A stretch of 63,447 nucleotides of DNA from a virus (IMGVR_UViG_3300049896_000002:1-63447); one strand, 5' to 3'. Positions 37,269 through 47,718 are shown, numbered from the stretch's first letter. Numbers and translations are program-made. The notes: generated from the sequence alone by a model not told the origin.

Positions 37269-37922
37269 ATGGGACAATTGCACTCACTCTTAACAGCAAA
37301 CCATCGGCAATACGCAGCCATCTACGCGGACGCAACCGCAAGACTTGCAGCAACTGGATTCATCCGCGCGCTCGGGGGAGGGATAGTCGCGTTCACTGCG
37401 GATGATCTCTATAAGAACGTTCTCCAACTCAGTGATAACACTGAATGGGTATTAATTGACGAGTCGCCGATCACTTGGGCTCAGGTCGGAGGCGCTGGCT
37501 TGGGTGGCCCACCGTCAGGATCGGCGGGCGGTGCGCTCAGTGGCGCTTACCCAAATCCATCTGTGAAGGTGAGTATCTGCATTGCGTGCAGCGATGAATC
37601 CACGGCACTAACCACAGGCACGGCTAAGGTTACGTTCCGAATGCCTCACGCAATGACACTCACGGCAGTCCGTGCTTCACTGAGTACAGCCCAAACGTCA
37701 GGATCTATTTTCACGGTGGATGTTAACGAAGGCGGCACAACTATTCTCTCTACAAAGATCACGATCGACAATACAGAGAAGACGAGCACAACGGCGGCAA
37801 CCGGACCGGTGGTTTCCGATGATTTGCTTGCTGACGATGCTGAAATCACCATTGATATTGATCAAGTAGGCGACGGAACGGCGAAGGGATTGAAGGTCTG
37901 TCTAATTGGTACACGAGCATGA
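37269..37922 (+). CDS. Tail fibre-associated protein
   Basis: AGGALSGAYPNP; FRMPHAMTL..IDIDQVG..GLKV. Confidence 0.7.
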   Translation: MGQLHSLLTANHRQYAAIYADATARLAATGFIRALGGGIVAFTADDLYKNVLQLSDNTEWVLIDESPITWAQVGGAGLGGPPSGSAGGALSGAYPNPSVKVSICIACSDESTALTTGTAKVTFRMPHAMTLTAVRASLSTAQTSGSIFTVDVNEGGTTILSTKITIDNTEKTSTTAATGPVVSDDLLADDAEITIDIDQVGDGTAKGLKVCLIGTRA

Positions 37923-38623
37923 GTTTTATAATCAACCCTTATGTCTTCACATCGGCTCCCAGTCTTACTCAACCGGAAGTCGAATTTGATGGCCCGAGTT
38001 TGCTTGGCGCAGATAATTCCAGTATTAGCCAATGGGATGACACATCGGGAAATGCCCGACACGCAACCCAGGGTGACGGCTCTTTGCAGCCTACTGTGCA
38101 AACGAACGAGTTGAACAGCCTTCAGGTTGCTCGATTTGTCCCGGTCGATCACTTGAATTGGTCCGGCAACGCCGCTAGTAACATCTTTACCGTAATAGCC
38201 GTTATCAAACAGACTGGAGGTAGCGCTTCCACTCGTGCCATTATCAGCGCAGCTAGCGGACTAGGTGAAGGTGATATCCCTACCATCTGGCTTAGTTCGA
38301 ATAAAATTGAACTTGTCAGGACAGATATCGCCATTCTTGCAACGTCAACTACATCTCTCAACACCACTAACTTTTACACTATCGGCGTCACCTACAACGG
38401 CACGACTGGGGCTTATGCGTTCTACTTGAATGGTAGCGCAGACGGATCGGGAACGGCTGGGACGGCAACATTCGCGCACTTCTCACGGATAGGCGCAAGA
38501 AACGGGAACCAAAGCTCGTTCGATGGTGATATAGCCTACGTTGGACTATGGAATAGCGTATTATCGGGCGGGGAGTTGACAACCAGATTTGATGATCTGC
38601 GAACAGTATGGGCGCATTACTAA
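37919..38623 (+). CDS. LamG/concanavalin-like receptor-binding protein
   Basis: WDDTSGNARHATQ, YLNGSADG, FDGDIA. Confidence 0.8.
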   Translation: MSFIINPYVFTSAPSLTQPEVEFDGPSLLGADNSSISQWDDTSGNARHATQGDGSLQPTVQTNELNSLQVARFVPVDHLNWSGNAASNIFTVIAVIKQTGGSASTRAIISAASGLGEGDIPTIWLSSNKIELVRTDIAILATSTTSLNTTNFYTIGVTYNGTTGAYAFYLNGSADGSGTAGTATFAHFSRIGARNGNQSSFDGDIAYVGLWNSVLSGGELTTRFDDLRTVWAHY

Positions 38624-38684
38624 TGAGCGGTCAACAACCTGTGTTACACTGCTTTTTACTAGTTTGACCCCATAAGGAGCATCA

Positions 38685-39152
38685 ATGGCTTCGTTTATGA
38701 CCAACAAGGCAGTAAGTCAGGCGCTAACTGACTTCGTTGCCGCACACAGCTTCAAGATCATGCTGTGCACATCGGCCTACACGCCCAACAACGATGATGA
38801 CTTTGTGGACACAGGTGGCGCAGGCGATGCGGAATCAGCGGAAATCACAGCAACCAATTACGCGCGAGGGTGGGGCGGTGCAGGCCGCAAGTCTGTAACA
38901 CTTACAGTTACAGAACAGGACGCAAGCAATCGCGCTGTCATTAAAATTACCAGTCCTACATGGACCGCACTCGGTGGCGCGGTCAATGACATTGCTATTA
39001 CAGCAGTCTTAATTATCGAAGGCGGCGCCAACGATACTACCAGCATCATTGTGGCGGCTTTTGACTATACGACTACGCCGATACAGACCAACGGCTCAGA
39101 TGTCACTTTAACAATGGATGCGACGGACGGGAATATCCGATTTACAACCTAA
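38685..39152 (+). CDS. Tail fibre-associated protein
   Basis: FKIML..YTP..NYARG..TNGSDVTL; SD AAGGAG. Confidence 0.7.
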   Translation: MASFMTNKAVSQALTDFVAAHSFKIMLCTSAYTPNNDDDFVDTGGAGDAESAEITATNYARGWGGAGRKSVTLTVTEQDASNRAVIKITSPTWTALGGAVNDIAITAVLIIEGGANDTTSIIVAAFDYTTTPIQTNGSDVTLTMDATDGNIRFTT

Positions 39153-39180
39153 TTAATACAAAGAAAAGAGATCTTTAATC

Positions 39181-41430
39181 GTGGCAACTCGTTTTTACCT
39201 ACCCTCAACAGGCGCAGCACCGGTCAATCCTGCATTTAATACCAGTTGGGATGAATCGGCCTCAGCAGATCGTCTTAAATGCGTTGTTACGAAGATTAAT
39301 TCGGCAATGGCAGATAAGACTGTCGCCAAAGGGACGGGAGCAACGCGCGCTCTAGTCCGCCAATACGTGAGTGACCCGATAGCAGCGCAGACCATTCACG
39401 GTACGGCTACTTCGTCAATCAAGGGACAGGTACGCTGTTTAGAGAGCGCCGCTAATGACAATCTGGATCTAGTGCCTTGTTGTATTCGGATAGTCTCGAA
39501 CGATGGCAGCACTTACCGTTCACCGGATCATCTAGCACTCGGCGATTACGCATCCGCTTTAGAGTTCGCGACTTCGCTTACGAATCGAAAGATTGCTGAC
39601 GGAGATCCCAGTTCTGCCGTGAACGCTTCACAGGGAGATAGACTGGTTATTGAGATAGGAGAAAAGAACTCAGCAACCGGATCGAGTGTTTCCGGCTCAT
39701 TTAACTTTGGCGACAACTCGGGGACAGATCTACCGGAAGACACAACTACCACGGCAGCCAATAACCCTTGGATTGAATTACAAAATGATATTGCATTCGT
39801 AGGTGATGCGACACTTGGGCCGTGGAGCGACAATCTAAACGCTCAGCAAGCCCCCCTCAAGTCGTTAAAAAGACTGAGCCAAACGGTTACGGCAGGAAGT
39901 ATTAGCGGCGGCCAGGTTGGTGCCAGCACTGTCAACGACCGCGATGGTCAGAAATTTACCGCTGATGCGGATGGCAAGTTGGTAAGGGTTCTCTTTTGGG
40001 TAGCGTCTTCGGGTAGTCCCACGGACAGCATTGTTTGTAAGCTCTACGATGATAACGCCGGTGTTCCGGGGAACTTGTTGGCTACCTCGCTGCCTATTGC
40101 TGGTCCAGCTGTCGGGAGTAATCAATTTCCCAAGCCCTTTGAGTTCCCGGTTTCTTACAGCCTGGTTAATGGAAATGTCTACTATGCGGTTCTGAATCGC
40201 ACCGGCAGCGTTGACGGGACAAACTTCTATACTCTAGATGGAACTAATACCAACCCTTATGCCGGTGGGCATCACGTCCGATTTTCAAGCGGTGCATGGG
40301 TGAGCCATACCGGTGAAGATCTCTCGTTTCATATAGAGCAGGAAACTAACAATTGGTATAAATTTGAGATTGATCGAGACAACTCCAAACTACAATGTTT
40401 TCGCTCAACTGACGCTGGTACTAACTGGACTGAGCAAGACGGATCGAACGCTCCAGCTTTAGCGAATGCCTTGGGCCGATATACCTGTGCAGTCCAGCGG
40501 CGCGGTTCTCAGTTCTATGTTGTTGTTCCCGGAACGATTGAGTCCATAAAGAAGACTTTCCCATTTGCGACTTCCTCGAATACCTGGGGATCAGCTACTA
40601 CCACAACTTTTTCTCAGGGAGGCATTGGCGGCGGTGAGATCCAGTTCGGCAATAACGTTGGGGACGTATGTCCGGTATTTCATAACTACCGAGAGTTCAG
40701 TTCGGTCACTGATGCCACTAAGGACTTCTCGGTTTTTCAATCTGATAAAGAACTGGTGAGCGGTTCTCGGTTCCGTCGTATTCGTACTCAGTTTGGCACG
40801 AGCGTCGCGTATCTGACGGGATCAACAACCTCCGTTCATTACGACAATCGAGCGATGGTTACTGATTGGCGAGACTGGTCCTATTTCTTCTATACAAAAT
40901 CCGACTCAACCCAAATCCAGGTTGCGACCCTCGCTTACGACTCAACTACTGTAACCGTTGTCGGTGGTCTAAGCGTCTCAGCGGTAGACCAGGCTGCTAA
41001 GTATCCACTAGGCCAAGGCTGCCACTTCTGGCGGGATAGTGTCAATTATGTCGCCATACCTTACGTAGACGGAAGCAACGTTAAGGTTCTTTACTGTGAG
41101 TCCGGCTCGGCGTCAAACACGGCGAGCAATTGGCAGAGTTCAACCGCCACATCAATTGCGGCAGAGTCCAGCACGTCAAACCCAGGATTTCTTGCTGCCG
41201 ATAATGAACAGGGTGGCAAGCTATTCTTATTCTTCGTGGATGACTCGACCGGTGATCTCAAGTGGGTTCACGACACCGGCTCTTTTACATGGAGCGAACC
41301 AGAGATTTTCTACAGCGGGAGTGATGTTACTGGATGCGCGGGTTCGCTATCTGATGGGGTGGTGGGAATGCTTCTGAGAGATTCGAGTACGCTCGAATTG
41401 ATCTTCAAAACTTTCGAGGTTTTTTTTTGA
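39181..41430 (+). CDS. Large multidomain tail fibre/spike protein
   Basis: MATRFYL, GDRLVIEIG, DDNAGVPG module, BNR-like STDAGTNW. Confidence 0.7.
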   Translation: MATRFYLPSTGAAPVNPAFNTSWDESASADRLKCVVTKINSAMADKTVAKGTGATRALVRQYVSDPIAAQTIHGTATSSIKGQVRCLESAANDNLDLVPCCIRIVSNDGSTYRSPDHLALGDYASALEFATSLTNRKIADGDPSSAVNASQGDRLVIEIGEKNSATGSSVSGSFNFGDNSGTDLPEDTTTTAANNPWIELQNDIAFVGDATLGPWSDNLNAQQAPLKSLKRLSQTVTAGSISGGQVGASTVNDRDGQKFTADADGKLVRVLFWVASSGSPTDSIVCKLYDDNAGVPGNLLATSLPIAGPAVGSNQFPKPFEFPVSYSLVNGNVYYAVLNRTGSVDGTNFYTLDGTNTNPYAGGHHVRFSSGAWVSHTGEDLSFHIEQETNNWYKFEIDRDNSKLQCFRSTDAGTNWTEQDGSNAPALANALGRYTCAVQRRGSQFYVVVPGTIESIKKTFPFATSSNTWGSATTTTFSQGGIGGGEIQFGNNVGDVCPVFHNYREFSSVTDATKDFSVFQSDKELVSGSRFRRIRTQFGTSVAYLTGSTTSVHYDNRAMVTDWRDWSYFFYTKSDSTQIQVATLAYDSTTVTVVGGLSVSAVDQAAKYPLGQGCHFWRDSVNYVAIPYVDGSNVKVLYCESGSASNTASNWQSSTATSIAAESSTSNPGFLAADNEQGGKLFLFFVDDSTGDLKWVHDTGSFTWSEPEIFYSGSDVTGCAGSLSDGVVGMLLRDSSTLELIFKTFEVFF

Positions 41431-41720
41431 AAGTTGACTACGCTGCCGGGACCTACGAGACGATCAAGGATTTTGGGGTAGCGGGTTTGGTTCTTTACCG
41501 ACTAATCTTCGATGTTGATGAATTAGCCGGAACCATTTATCAGGCCGAGGTTTACACAAGGGAGACTGAGACCGATGGATGGTGGGACATTGGGGGCAGC
41601 GGAGCAGAAGCAGCCAACTCAGACAGCAGATTTACCGTTGAACGCTATCGCTACGTGAAAGTAAGCGGAACATTCTCCGGTGGTGAGTTTGCTGCTGGAG
41701 TAATCGGCTTCGCGGTTTAA
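41427..41720 (+). CDS. Small tail-associated protein
   Basis: TTG start inside 9-T tract. Confidence 0.55.
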   Translation: MKVDYAAGTYETIKDFGVAGLVLYRLIFDVDELAGTIYQAEVYTRETETDGWWDIGGSGAEAANSDSRFTVERYRYVKVSGTFSGGEFAAGVIGFAV

Positions 41721-41725
41721 TAAAT

Positions 41726-43057
41726 GTGGGCGTTCCAGTACCTCAGGACGAAGCGGTAACGAATCCCGGCGGCACGGGCACCACAATAACGCCTACAATT
41801 TCCACACACACCGAAGACGATCTTCTCATTATTCAAGTCGGCTGGAAAGGCAATCAGGCCCCTACTGTTTTAACAGGTTGGAATAACTGGTTTACGACCA
41901 CCACTGGCACGGCAACCACCGGCGTAGGTCAGGGAGTGTGGTGGCGTCGCGTCAACCCCTCAGAGACAGTTACCAGTCCGACTCTGACTTTGGGAGCCAC
42001 AGCCGTAGAGCGCATCGCGATCTGTTACACAGTTCGCGGAGCGGACATTGATAATCCAGCCAATACCTTTTATCAGCGTCAGCAAACTGTGGGTAACTCA
42101 ACCAGCCCCGCGCCCCCGTCGATAACCACGGCAGCCCCGAATTATCTGCTCCTACACTTGGTTAGTTGTCGCGGCAACACTAGCGTTACTGAGCCATCGG
42201 GTTATACTGAGCAGCAGGATGCGGCGGTTAGTTCGACCATCGCGGTTGAGGGCTCAACTAAGACGCAGGCAAATGCTGCAACCGTCATAAGTCAGACCGC
42301 GGCAATCTCATCTAATCGCTGGGTGGCCGCGATTATTGCCATCCCTTCACCTGACTATCCGTATTTCAGAGCACAAACAAGCATTACCGCCACTGCAACC
42401 TCAGTGACCGGCACCCTGCCAACGGGAACCACTGCGGCGGATCTCTACGGACGCAAAGACTTGATTGTAGCCACCGTAGAAGCCGCTGGTACTGCGCCAA
42501 GTCCGAACACCGGGGCTGACTGGACGGAAATTGCAACATGGAGCACTACGACTTCCGGAGGAGCAACTACTGTTCGCCAGTACTGGGCCTTGTACGATGG
42601 CTCAATCGATCTTCAGTTCAACCGCTCCGGCAGTGGTGAAATCTCACTTAATCTAAGCACGTATCGCAATCCGCACCAAACTACCCCGATTGGTAATGTA
42701 AACGTTCGGCAAAACGCATCATCAACCACTTCGACTTGGGATGCGCTGACTCGCGCAGCCTCAAAGTCCACGGTTATAGCAATGTGCATTGCCGATGGTA
42801 CCCCGACTTACTCACCGCCCGCTGGATGGACGGAGCGCGAAGACGGATTAGGCATGACTGGAGCCGATCAGATATTTGAAGATGTTGGGAGTGCGGCATC
42901 AGCATCGTTTACACTCTCAACGGCAAGTCCGACAGTGGCCGGCTTAGTGGAAGTGAGAAGTCATGCTGGAGTGGCCCCAAGTGTGGAGACGGAATTAATC
43001 GGCAGGCCTTACGGGTATGCGGGCGACATACAAATGCGGCAACTGTTAGCACAGTAA
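41726..43057 (+). CDS. Tail fibre-associated protein with two repeated beta modules
   Basis: DLLII..GW..APPSITT..PSGYTE / PAGWTE. Confidence 0.7.
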   Translation: MGVPVPQDEAVTNPGGTGTTITPTISTHTEDDLLIIQVGWKGNQAPTVLTGWNNWFTTTTGTATTGVGQGVWWRRVNPSETVTSPTLTLGATAVERIAICYTVRGADIDNPANTFYQRQQTVGNSTSPAPPSITTAAPNYLLLHLVSCRGNTSVTEPSGYTEQQDAAVSSTIAVEGSTKTQANAATVISQTAAISSNRWVAAIIAIPSPDYPYFRAQTSITATATSVTGTLPTGTTAADLYGRKDLIVATVEAAGTAPSPNTGADWTEIATWSTTTSGGATTVRQYWALYDGSIDLQFNRSGSGEISLNLSTYRNPHQTTPIGNVNVRQNASSTTSTWDALTRAASKSTVIAMCIADGTPTYSPPAGWTEREDGLGMTGADQIFEDVGSAASASFTLSTASPTVAGLVEVRSHAGVAPSVETELIGRPYGYAGDIQMRQLLAQ

Positions 43058-43068
43058 GGAGGCAATGA

Positions 43069-43569
43069 ATGGGCAAGCGAACGGTTTTAGGAGCAGAGGA
43101 ATTCGACCTCGGCACCGGCAACGTGCTAGTGGCGTTTCAGACAGCGGCAGCGGGCAGCAACGGATCGAACATCTTCGTCACGCGCATAGAGATCTTTCAG
43201 AATGGCACTACGACGCTTGAGCAAGTGCGTGGTGAGTGCGCGACACGTGACACGGCTGGTACGCTGACTATGACCTCAACTACTCCGCGCGTCTATCGAC
43301 CGCTCGGCGCGGCGGCATCCGGACTGTCAGGCAACACCGCTCCGGCTGGCGGCACTGGTCGATCAGGTACTAATTCATCCGCTGATTCTGGCGGCACCTA
43401 TACCAGCATATTCCCGTTTAACTTCGCCAACTTGAACGGCTATTTATTCAAACCCGATCCGACCGAGGAAATATGGGTGCCGCCTTCAACGCTCTTTACC
43501 GTTCGCTTGACCGCTACGCCTACCAGCGCTCTCGATTGGGGCATCTCAATTTGGTTGGATGAGAACTAA
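43069..43569 (+). CDS. Tail-associated structural protein
   Basis: SD AAGGAGG; operon. Confidence 0.65.
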   Translation: MGKRTVLGAEEFDLGTGNVLVAFQTAAAGSNGSNIFVTRIEIFQNGTTTLEQVRGECATRDTAGTLTMTSTTPRVYRPLGAAASGLSGNTAPAGGTGRSGTNSSADSGGTYTSIFPFNFANLNGYLFKPDPTEEIWVPPSTLFTVRLTATPTSALDWGISIWLDEN

Positions 43570-44787
43570 ATGGCTATCTGGCGACAACCTGCCCGAGCGC
43601 AGCAGCCGCTTAAAAACACTGCGACTCTAATCCCGCAGCCGCGTTCGTTTGTCGCTGCTGTAGCCACTCTCAGTGTCTCTGCCGTTTTACCAGCTCGAAC
43701 GTTGGGCGCATTGGCGAGCACTGCCCCTATAGCATCGGTCGTCAGCAGTGCCAGCCTTCCCGCGCTCATGGTTGGATCGCTTAGTGCTACCGTTCCGACA
43801 ATCAGCACTTCAATCACGGCAACCACGCCTGATGTAACGCTTGGCGCACGCACGTTTACCTCACCAGCGGCATTATCATCGGTATCGGTAGTTGGTCCAT
43901 CTATCAGCTTAAACGCGCTCTCAATTGCTGCGCCCGTCGCGCCGATCACCATCAGCGTTATAAAACCGTCAATTACCATTGAAATTGCCGTGCCCGTGGT
44001 GGCGGTCAGTGTTAGCGCTCTTATTCCACAGGTCACGCCTGGATCGGTAAGTGAAAGTGTACCTGTGGCGGCGGTGGCGAGTAGCACTGTCGCTCCGTCC
44101 GTCACCTTAGGCGCTACAGCGTTACCGGTTCCATCAGCCTTGGTGCCAGTCGGTGCTATTACGCCATCACTGATTCTAAGCGCCATAACCGTAAATACCC
44201 CCATCGCCTCGATTGCCGTTTCATCTACCAGTGCCACCGTTTCTCTTGGTCCACTTGAACTAGCCGCACCTGTTTCTTCAATTGCAATACAGGCGATTAG
44301 TCCAAGTATTGCGATCGATGTCCTTGGTCTTGCGGCGCCAGTTGCGACTGTCAGCATTAGCGTTGCATTACCGATATTAAGCGCTGACGGGATATTTGGC
44401 GTTGAGGTAGCGTCGGTTATGGCGACCGTGACGCAACCGGTTGTCGCACCTGGCGCGCTGATTCTTAATGCGCCTTCGCTCACGGTGGGCACGCAGGCTG
44501 TAATTGCAAACGTGACACTTGCTGGACGGTCGCTTTTAACCCCCGTTTGCACCGTGGCGACATCAGTGGGAGTCCCTGACGTTACAGGCGGTGAAAGCGG
44601 CATTATCGGTGTTCCGGCTGTCACGGTGGCGGTTACAGTTAGCACACCTGTTTTGCGTTCAGGTTTCTCACACCCGAGGCGGACCTACGTGGTACAATCG
44701 CTGAATTACACTATCGAAGTAGCCGAGCCTAATAAGAAATGTGTGGTAGCAGCACTTGATCACGAAGTCGAATACGAGGCAGTTTGA
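43570..44787 (+). CDS. Ser/Ala/Val/Pro-rich repetitive fibre shaft protein
   Basis: Recurrent APVA.I.V...P.V units. Confidence 0.7.
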   Translation: MAIWRQPARAQQPLKNTATLIPQPRSFVAAVATLSVSAVLPARTLGALASTAPIASVVSSASLPALMVGSLSATVPTISTSITATTPDVTLGARTFTSPAALSSVSVVGPSISLNALSIAAPVAPITISVIKPSITIEIAVPVVAVSVSALIPQVTPGSVSESVPVAAVASSTVAPSVTLGATALPVPSALVPVGAITPSLILSAITVNTPIASIAVSSTSATVSLGPLELAAPVSSIAIQAISPSIAIDVLGLAAPVATVSISVALPILSADGIFGVEVASVMATVTQPVVAPGALILNAPSLTVGTQAVIANVTLAGRSLLTPVCTVATSVGVPDVTGGESGIIGVPAVTVAVTVSTPVLRSGFSHPRRTYVVQSLNYTIEVAEPNKKCVVAALDHEVEYEAV

Positions 44788-45071
44788 TGACCATCAGTGA
44801 CTTAGACCCCAAAGACCCGAACGACGTCATTGACTATTCGATCAATTGGGCACGTTACCTGAATCGTATTGGTGATGAAATCTTATCCAGCTCATGGCCA
44901 GTCGTGCCTGACGGCATTACCTTGCAAACCCACACGCATAATGACACGTTGACAACTGCGTGGCTTAGCGGCGGCACTGCTGGTTCGCGTTATAAGCTTA
45001 CCAATCGCATTGTAACCGTAGGCGGGCGCACGCTCGACAGGTCAATTACCATTAAAGTCAGGGAATTGTAG
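44784..45071 (+). CDS. Fibre-tail adaptor protein
   Basis: KDPNDVIDYSINW..WLSGGTAG..TVGGRT. Confidence 0.75.
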   Translation: MMTISDLDPKDPNDVIDYSINWARYLNRIGDEILSSSWPVVPDGITLQTHTHNDTLTTAWLSGGTAGSRYKLTNRIVTVGGRTLDRSITIKVREL

Positions 45072-45143
45072 AAATAGCTTGATTACCTTTGCCCCTGATG
45101 AAGCATGGTCCTAGTATCCAATCTCTCGTAAGGGCTATAAATC

Positions 45144-47027
45144 ATGGCTATCAAAACCGACACTGGTACCTATCCTGAAAATCCCAAGTCCATTCAACTG
45201 CCTCCAGCAGGCGGGAAGTACATTGACGATCTCGCGGGCGCGGAAGTGCTGCGATTTACGGATGAGCGCGATGGCAATGGCAACAGTCTCAGCACCACGT
45301 ACTCGGTGTGGCCTACGTTCAACTGCGACAATACCAGAATCTGGATATTCCAGGTCAACGGCTCTTACTATGTCGGCCATCTCAACCCTGTCACGTTGGA
45401 ACGAGTTGGCCCACTGGAAGAAGTCGTGCCCGCCCGTATTGGCGACAATGCAGGCGCGTTTGTGGATAACGAGACCGCGTTCTGGTCCTATCTCGATCCT
45501 GATAAGATCTTTGTGTTGGTCGATTGTCAAATCTGGAGCTATAAGCCTTCCACTAAGCAGCACAGTGTTATAGCCGATCTACGCTCGCAATTCCCCGCTG
45601 GGGCAAGGTTCAATCAGTTATACGTCTCGCAGAACGACAATCGATTTGCGGCCATCGTGCGCTCCGGTTCATCCGGCTCCGGTGATTATGGCTTTATGGT
45701 CTACGAGAAGTCGTCAAACTCCGTGAAGCTCAAAGTCACGATGGGCGAAATCAACGGCATTCAAATGGGCAAGGAAGGGCGCTATGTGCTCCTCGTTCAA
45801 ACGGATGAAGCGGGAGGAAAGAACAAGAACTTCATCTACGATGTCGATACAGGCGCGATTGAAATCCTGCTGTCGGACTCCAATGGTAAGCCCGACTATT
45901 GCATCGGCCATACCGACGCAGGTTATGACTTCATCACTGGCGGTGATCACTGGCGCGGGGCGCTGACTGCGCGCAAGCTCTCAACTCCGCATGACGTGAT
46001 AATGGTGTGGCTTTATTCGCCTATGGGCTGGATTAATTTCCATATCTCGCACCGCTGCGACAACGACTCGTGGGCCACGCTCTCCACCTATGGCGGCAGT
46101 CTCAGATACGATCCCGCCAGGGACGCGGTCATCAATTTTCCCGATGGGCCGTTTGTACGGGAGATCTTTCAGGTTGGTGTGAAAGCTCCATTCCTTGGGC
46201 AAGTGCGGCGTCTGGTTCATGCGCGCTCAAACTGGACGGGAGCCTTCTACTGGACCACTCCGCGTGCTACGGGCAGTAGAGACGGACGGTTCTTGGCGTG
46301 GACGCACAACAACAATGGCGACGCGGCAACAGCGCGGACTGACGTCTACGTGGCGCGGATCGAGCCTGCGCCGAGCGAAGGGACAGTGCCAAGTCCGCCA
46401 GCTCCGACGCCTGCGCCTGTACCTATACCAACGCCGACTGTTCCACCTATCATCACAATCACTTCTCCCACTGACGGCGCAATTCTCTCGGGGAAGGCGT
46501 CTGTAACCGCGGTTATCACAAACACGGAAGGGATCGGGGATGTGTTCCTAGTCGCAGATGAAACTGTAGTTGGAATGGATGTAATTGCGCCCTACGAGTT
46601 TCAGTTGGATACGACACAGATGCAGGATGGGCTCCACTCGCTCTGGATACGCGCGTGGCAGTCGGGGAAGGCGGTGGACTCCGCGCGAGTGGCAGTCACC
46701 GTGAAGAATGTCGCAGCGCCGCCCGTGGGGCCACCGCCGCCGCCTCCCCCACCGCCGACGATTGCATGCTCAATCTCCGCACCGCAGTCAGTGAATGTGC
46801 CGCGCAATAGCACTGGAGTGATTGACATTGAGTTACTAAATCTCACCGCCGCAACCGAAGTCAGGGTCATTGTTCCTGATGGACAATTGACGGTATCGCC
46901 TACATCGTGGAATGCGAATCCCAACGACCGCAAAAAGCAATTCAATGTCCGGGTTAAAAAGCAGTCGCGGGAGATTAAGTTTCAGTCGGATTGTGGCGTG
47001 GCGGTTGTGAGGGTGAATGTGACTTGA
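45144..47027 (+). CDS. Beta-propeller (oligogalacturonate-lyase/TolB-like) protein with Pro linkers and Ig-like domains
   Basis: GAEVLRFTD, PRATGSRDGRFLAW; ITITSPTDGA..PYEFQLDTT..DGLHSL Big domain. Confidence 0.7.
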   Translation: MAIKTDTGTYPENPKSIQLPPAGGKYIDDLAGAEVLRFTDERDGNGNSLSTTYSVWPTFNCDNTRIWIFQVNGSYYVGHLNPVTLERVGPLEEVVPARIGDNAGAFVDNETAFWSYLDPDKIFVLVDCQIWSYKPSTKQHSVIADLRSQFPAGARFNQLYVSQNDNRFAAIVRSGSSGSGDYGFMVYEKSSNSVKLKVTMGEINGIQMGKEGRYVLLVQTDEAGGKNKNFIYDVDTGAIEILLSDSNGKPDYCIGHTDAGYDFITGGDHWRGALTARKLSTPHDVIMVWLYSPMGWINFHISHRCDNDSWATLSTYGGSLRYDPARDAVINFPDGPFVREIFQVGVKAPFLGQVRRLVHARSNWTGAFYWTTPRATGSRDGRFLAWTHNNNGDAATARTDVYVARIEPAPSEGTVPSPPAPTPAPVPIPTPTVPPIITITSPTDGAILSGKASVTAVITNTEGIGDVFLVADETVVGMDVIAPYEFQLDTTQMQDGLHSLWIRAWQSGKAVDSARVAVTVKNVAAPPVGPPPPPPPPPTIACSISAPQSVNVPRNSTGVIDIELLNLTAATEVRVIVPDGQLTVSPTSWNANPNDRKKQFNVRVKKQSREIKFQSDCGVAVVRVNVT

Positions 47028-47184
47028 GCAGCGCGATTTTCTCCGCGACAGTCTTCATGCTATCGGCTAGTAAGCTAAACGATTGCGCTGCCTTGCCTGC
47101 TTTCGCTGCGAACCTTTTGAGGCCGAACATCATCCGGCGTCTATGCTGTCGTCTTTGATAAGAGTTCATTTCTCTCCCGATCAC
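46975..47184 (-). CDS. Hypothetical protein
   Basis: Last gene of minus operon; overlaps the end of the propeller gene. Confidence 0.4.
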   Translation of the reverse strand: MIGREMNSYQRRQHRRRMMFGLKRFAAKAGKAAQSFSLLADSMKTVAEKIALLKSHSPSQPPRHNPTET

Positions 47185-47327
47185 AGTGACGGCTTAAACG
47201 TAGAAGTCTCACGTGTCAAACTCACTGAGATCGCCTGAGCAACCTTTGGCGTCAGATAGACCAAGAACCCAAGTAGGACCAGCAGGGCAATCAAGTGTAT
47301 AAAGTACTCGCGTAAAGTAAGCATCAT
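47181..47327 (-). CDS. Small single-TM protein (48 aa, not in ORF track)
   Basis: MMLTLREYFIHLIALLVLLGFLVYLTPKVAQAISVSL; SD AAGGAG. Confidence 0.6.
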   Translation of the reverse strand: MMLTLREYFIHLIALLVLLGFLVYLTPKVAQAISVSLTRETSTFKPSL

Positions 47328-47578
47328 GTTCTCCTTTCAGTGCGTTGGGCGAAGTGGCTCAAAGTAATCAATTCTTCAATACGTTCACCCTCCGCTTTAT
47401 CTGCTAAGCGACGTGAGAACCAGGCGTCAATGGTGCGCTCAATTGCAGCGGCTAACTCTTCGGCCTCTTTGTCGCATTCAGCGTTTTGGAGGGTATCCCA
47501 CAACTCGCTTGATTGAATGTGGGCATAGGCTAGTTCATGCGCGAGTTCTTTGAGTTGGTTAAGTGTAGTGGCGTTCAT
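47324..47578 (-). CDS. Hypothetical protein
   Basis: Operon packing. Confidence 0.6.
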   Translation of the reverse strand: MNATTLNQLKELAHELAYAHIQSSELWDTLQNAECDKEAEELAAAIERTIDAWFSRRLADKAEGERIEELITLSHFAQRTERRT

Positions 47579-47718
47579 GGTCTACCCCTGTTCCTCTCTG
47601 CGTTCCAACCACGCGTCGAATAGATCAATGAGTGCGTCAATGTCTTCGTTTTCCAAAGCACCATCCGTGATATTCGACTCCGCAATGGCCCGCTGAAGAT
47701 CCACCCTCTCAGTGCTGG

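Noticed and set aside
43566-44645. 359-aa antisense ORF
   Set aside because: Shadow of the low-complexity S/A/V/P fibre gene
47205-47220. Additional parS-like CACGTG cores (also near 90, 255, 10005, 28345, 51175, 54203)
   Set aside because: Only the 6-bp core matches; GTTT/AAAC arms missing
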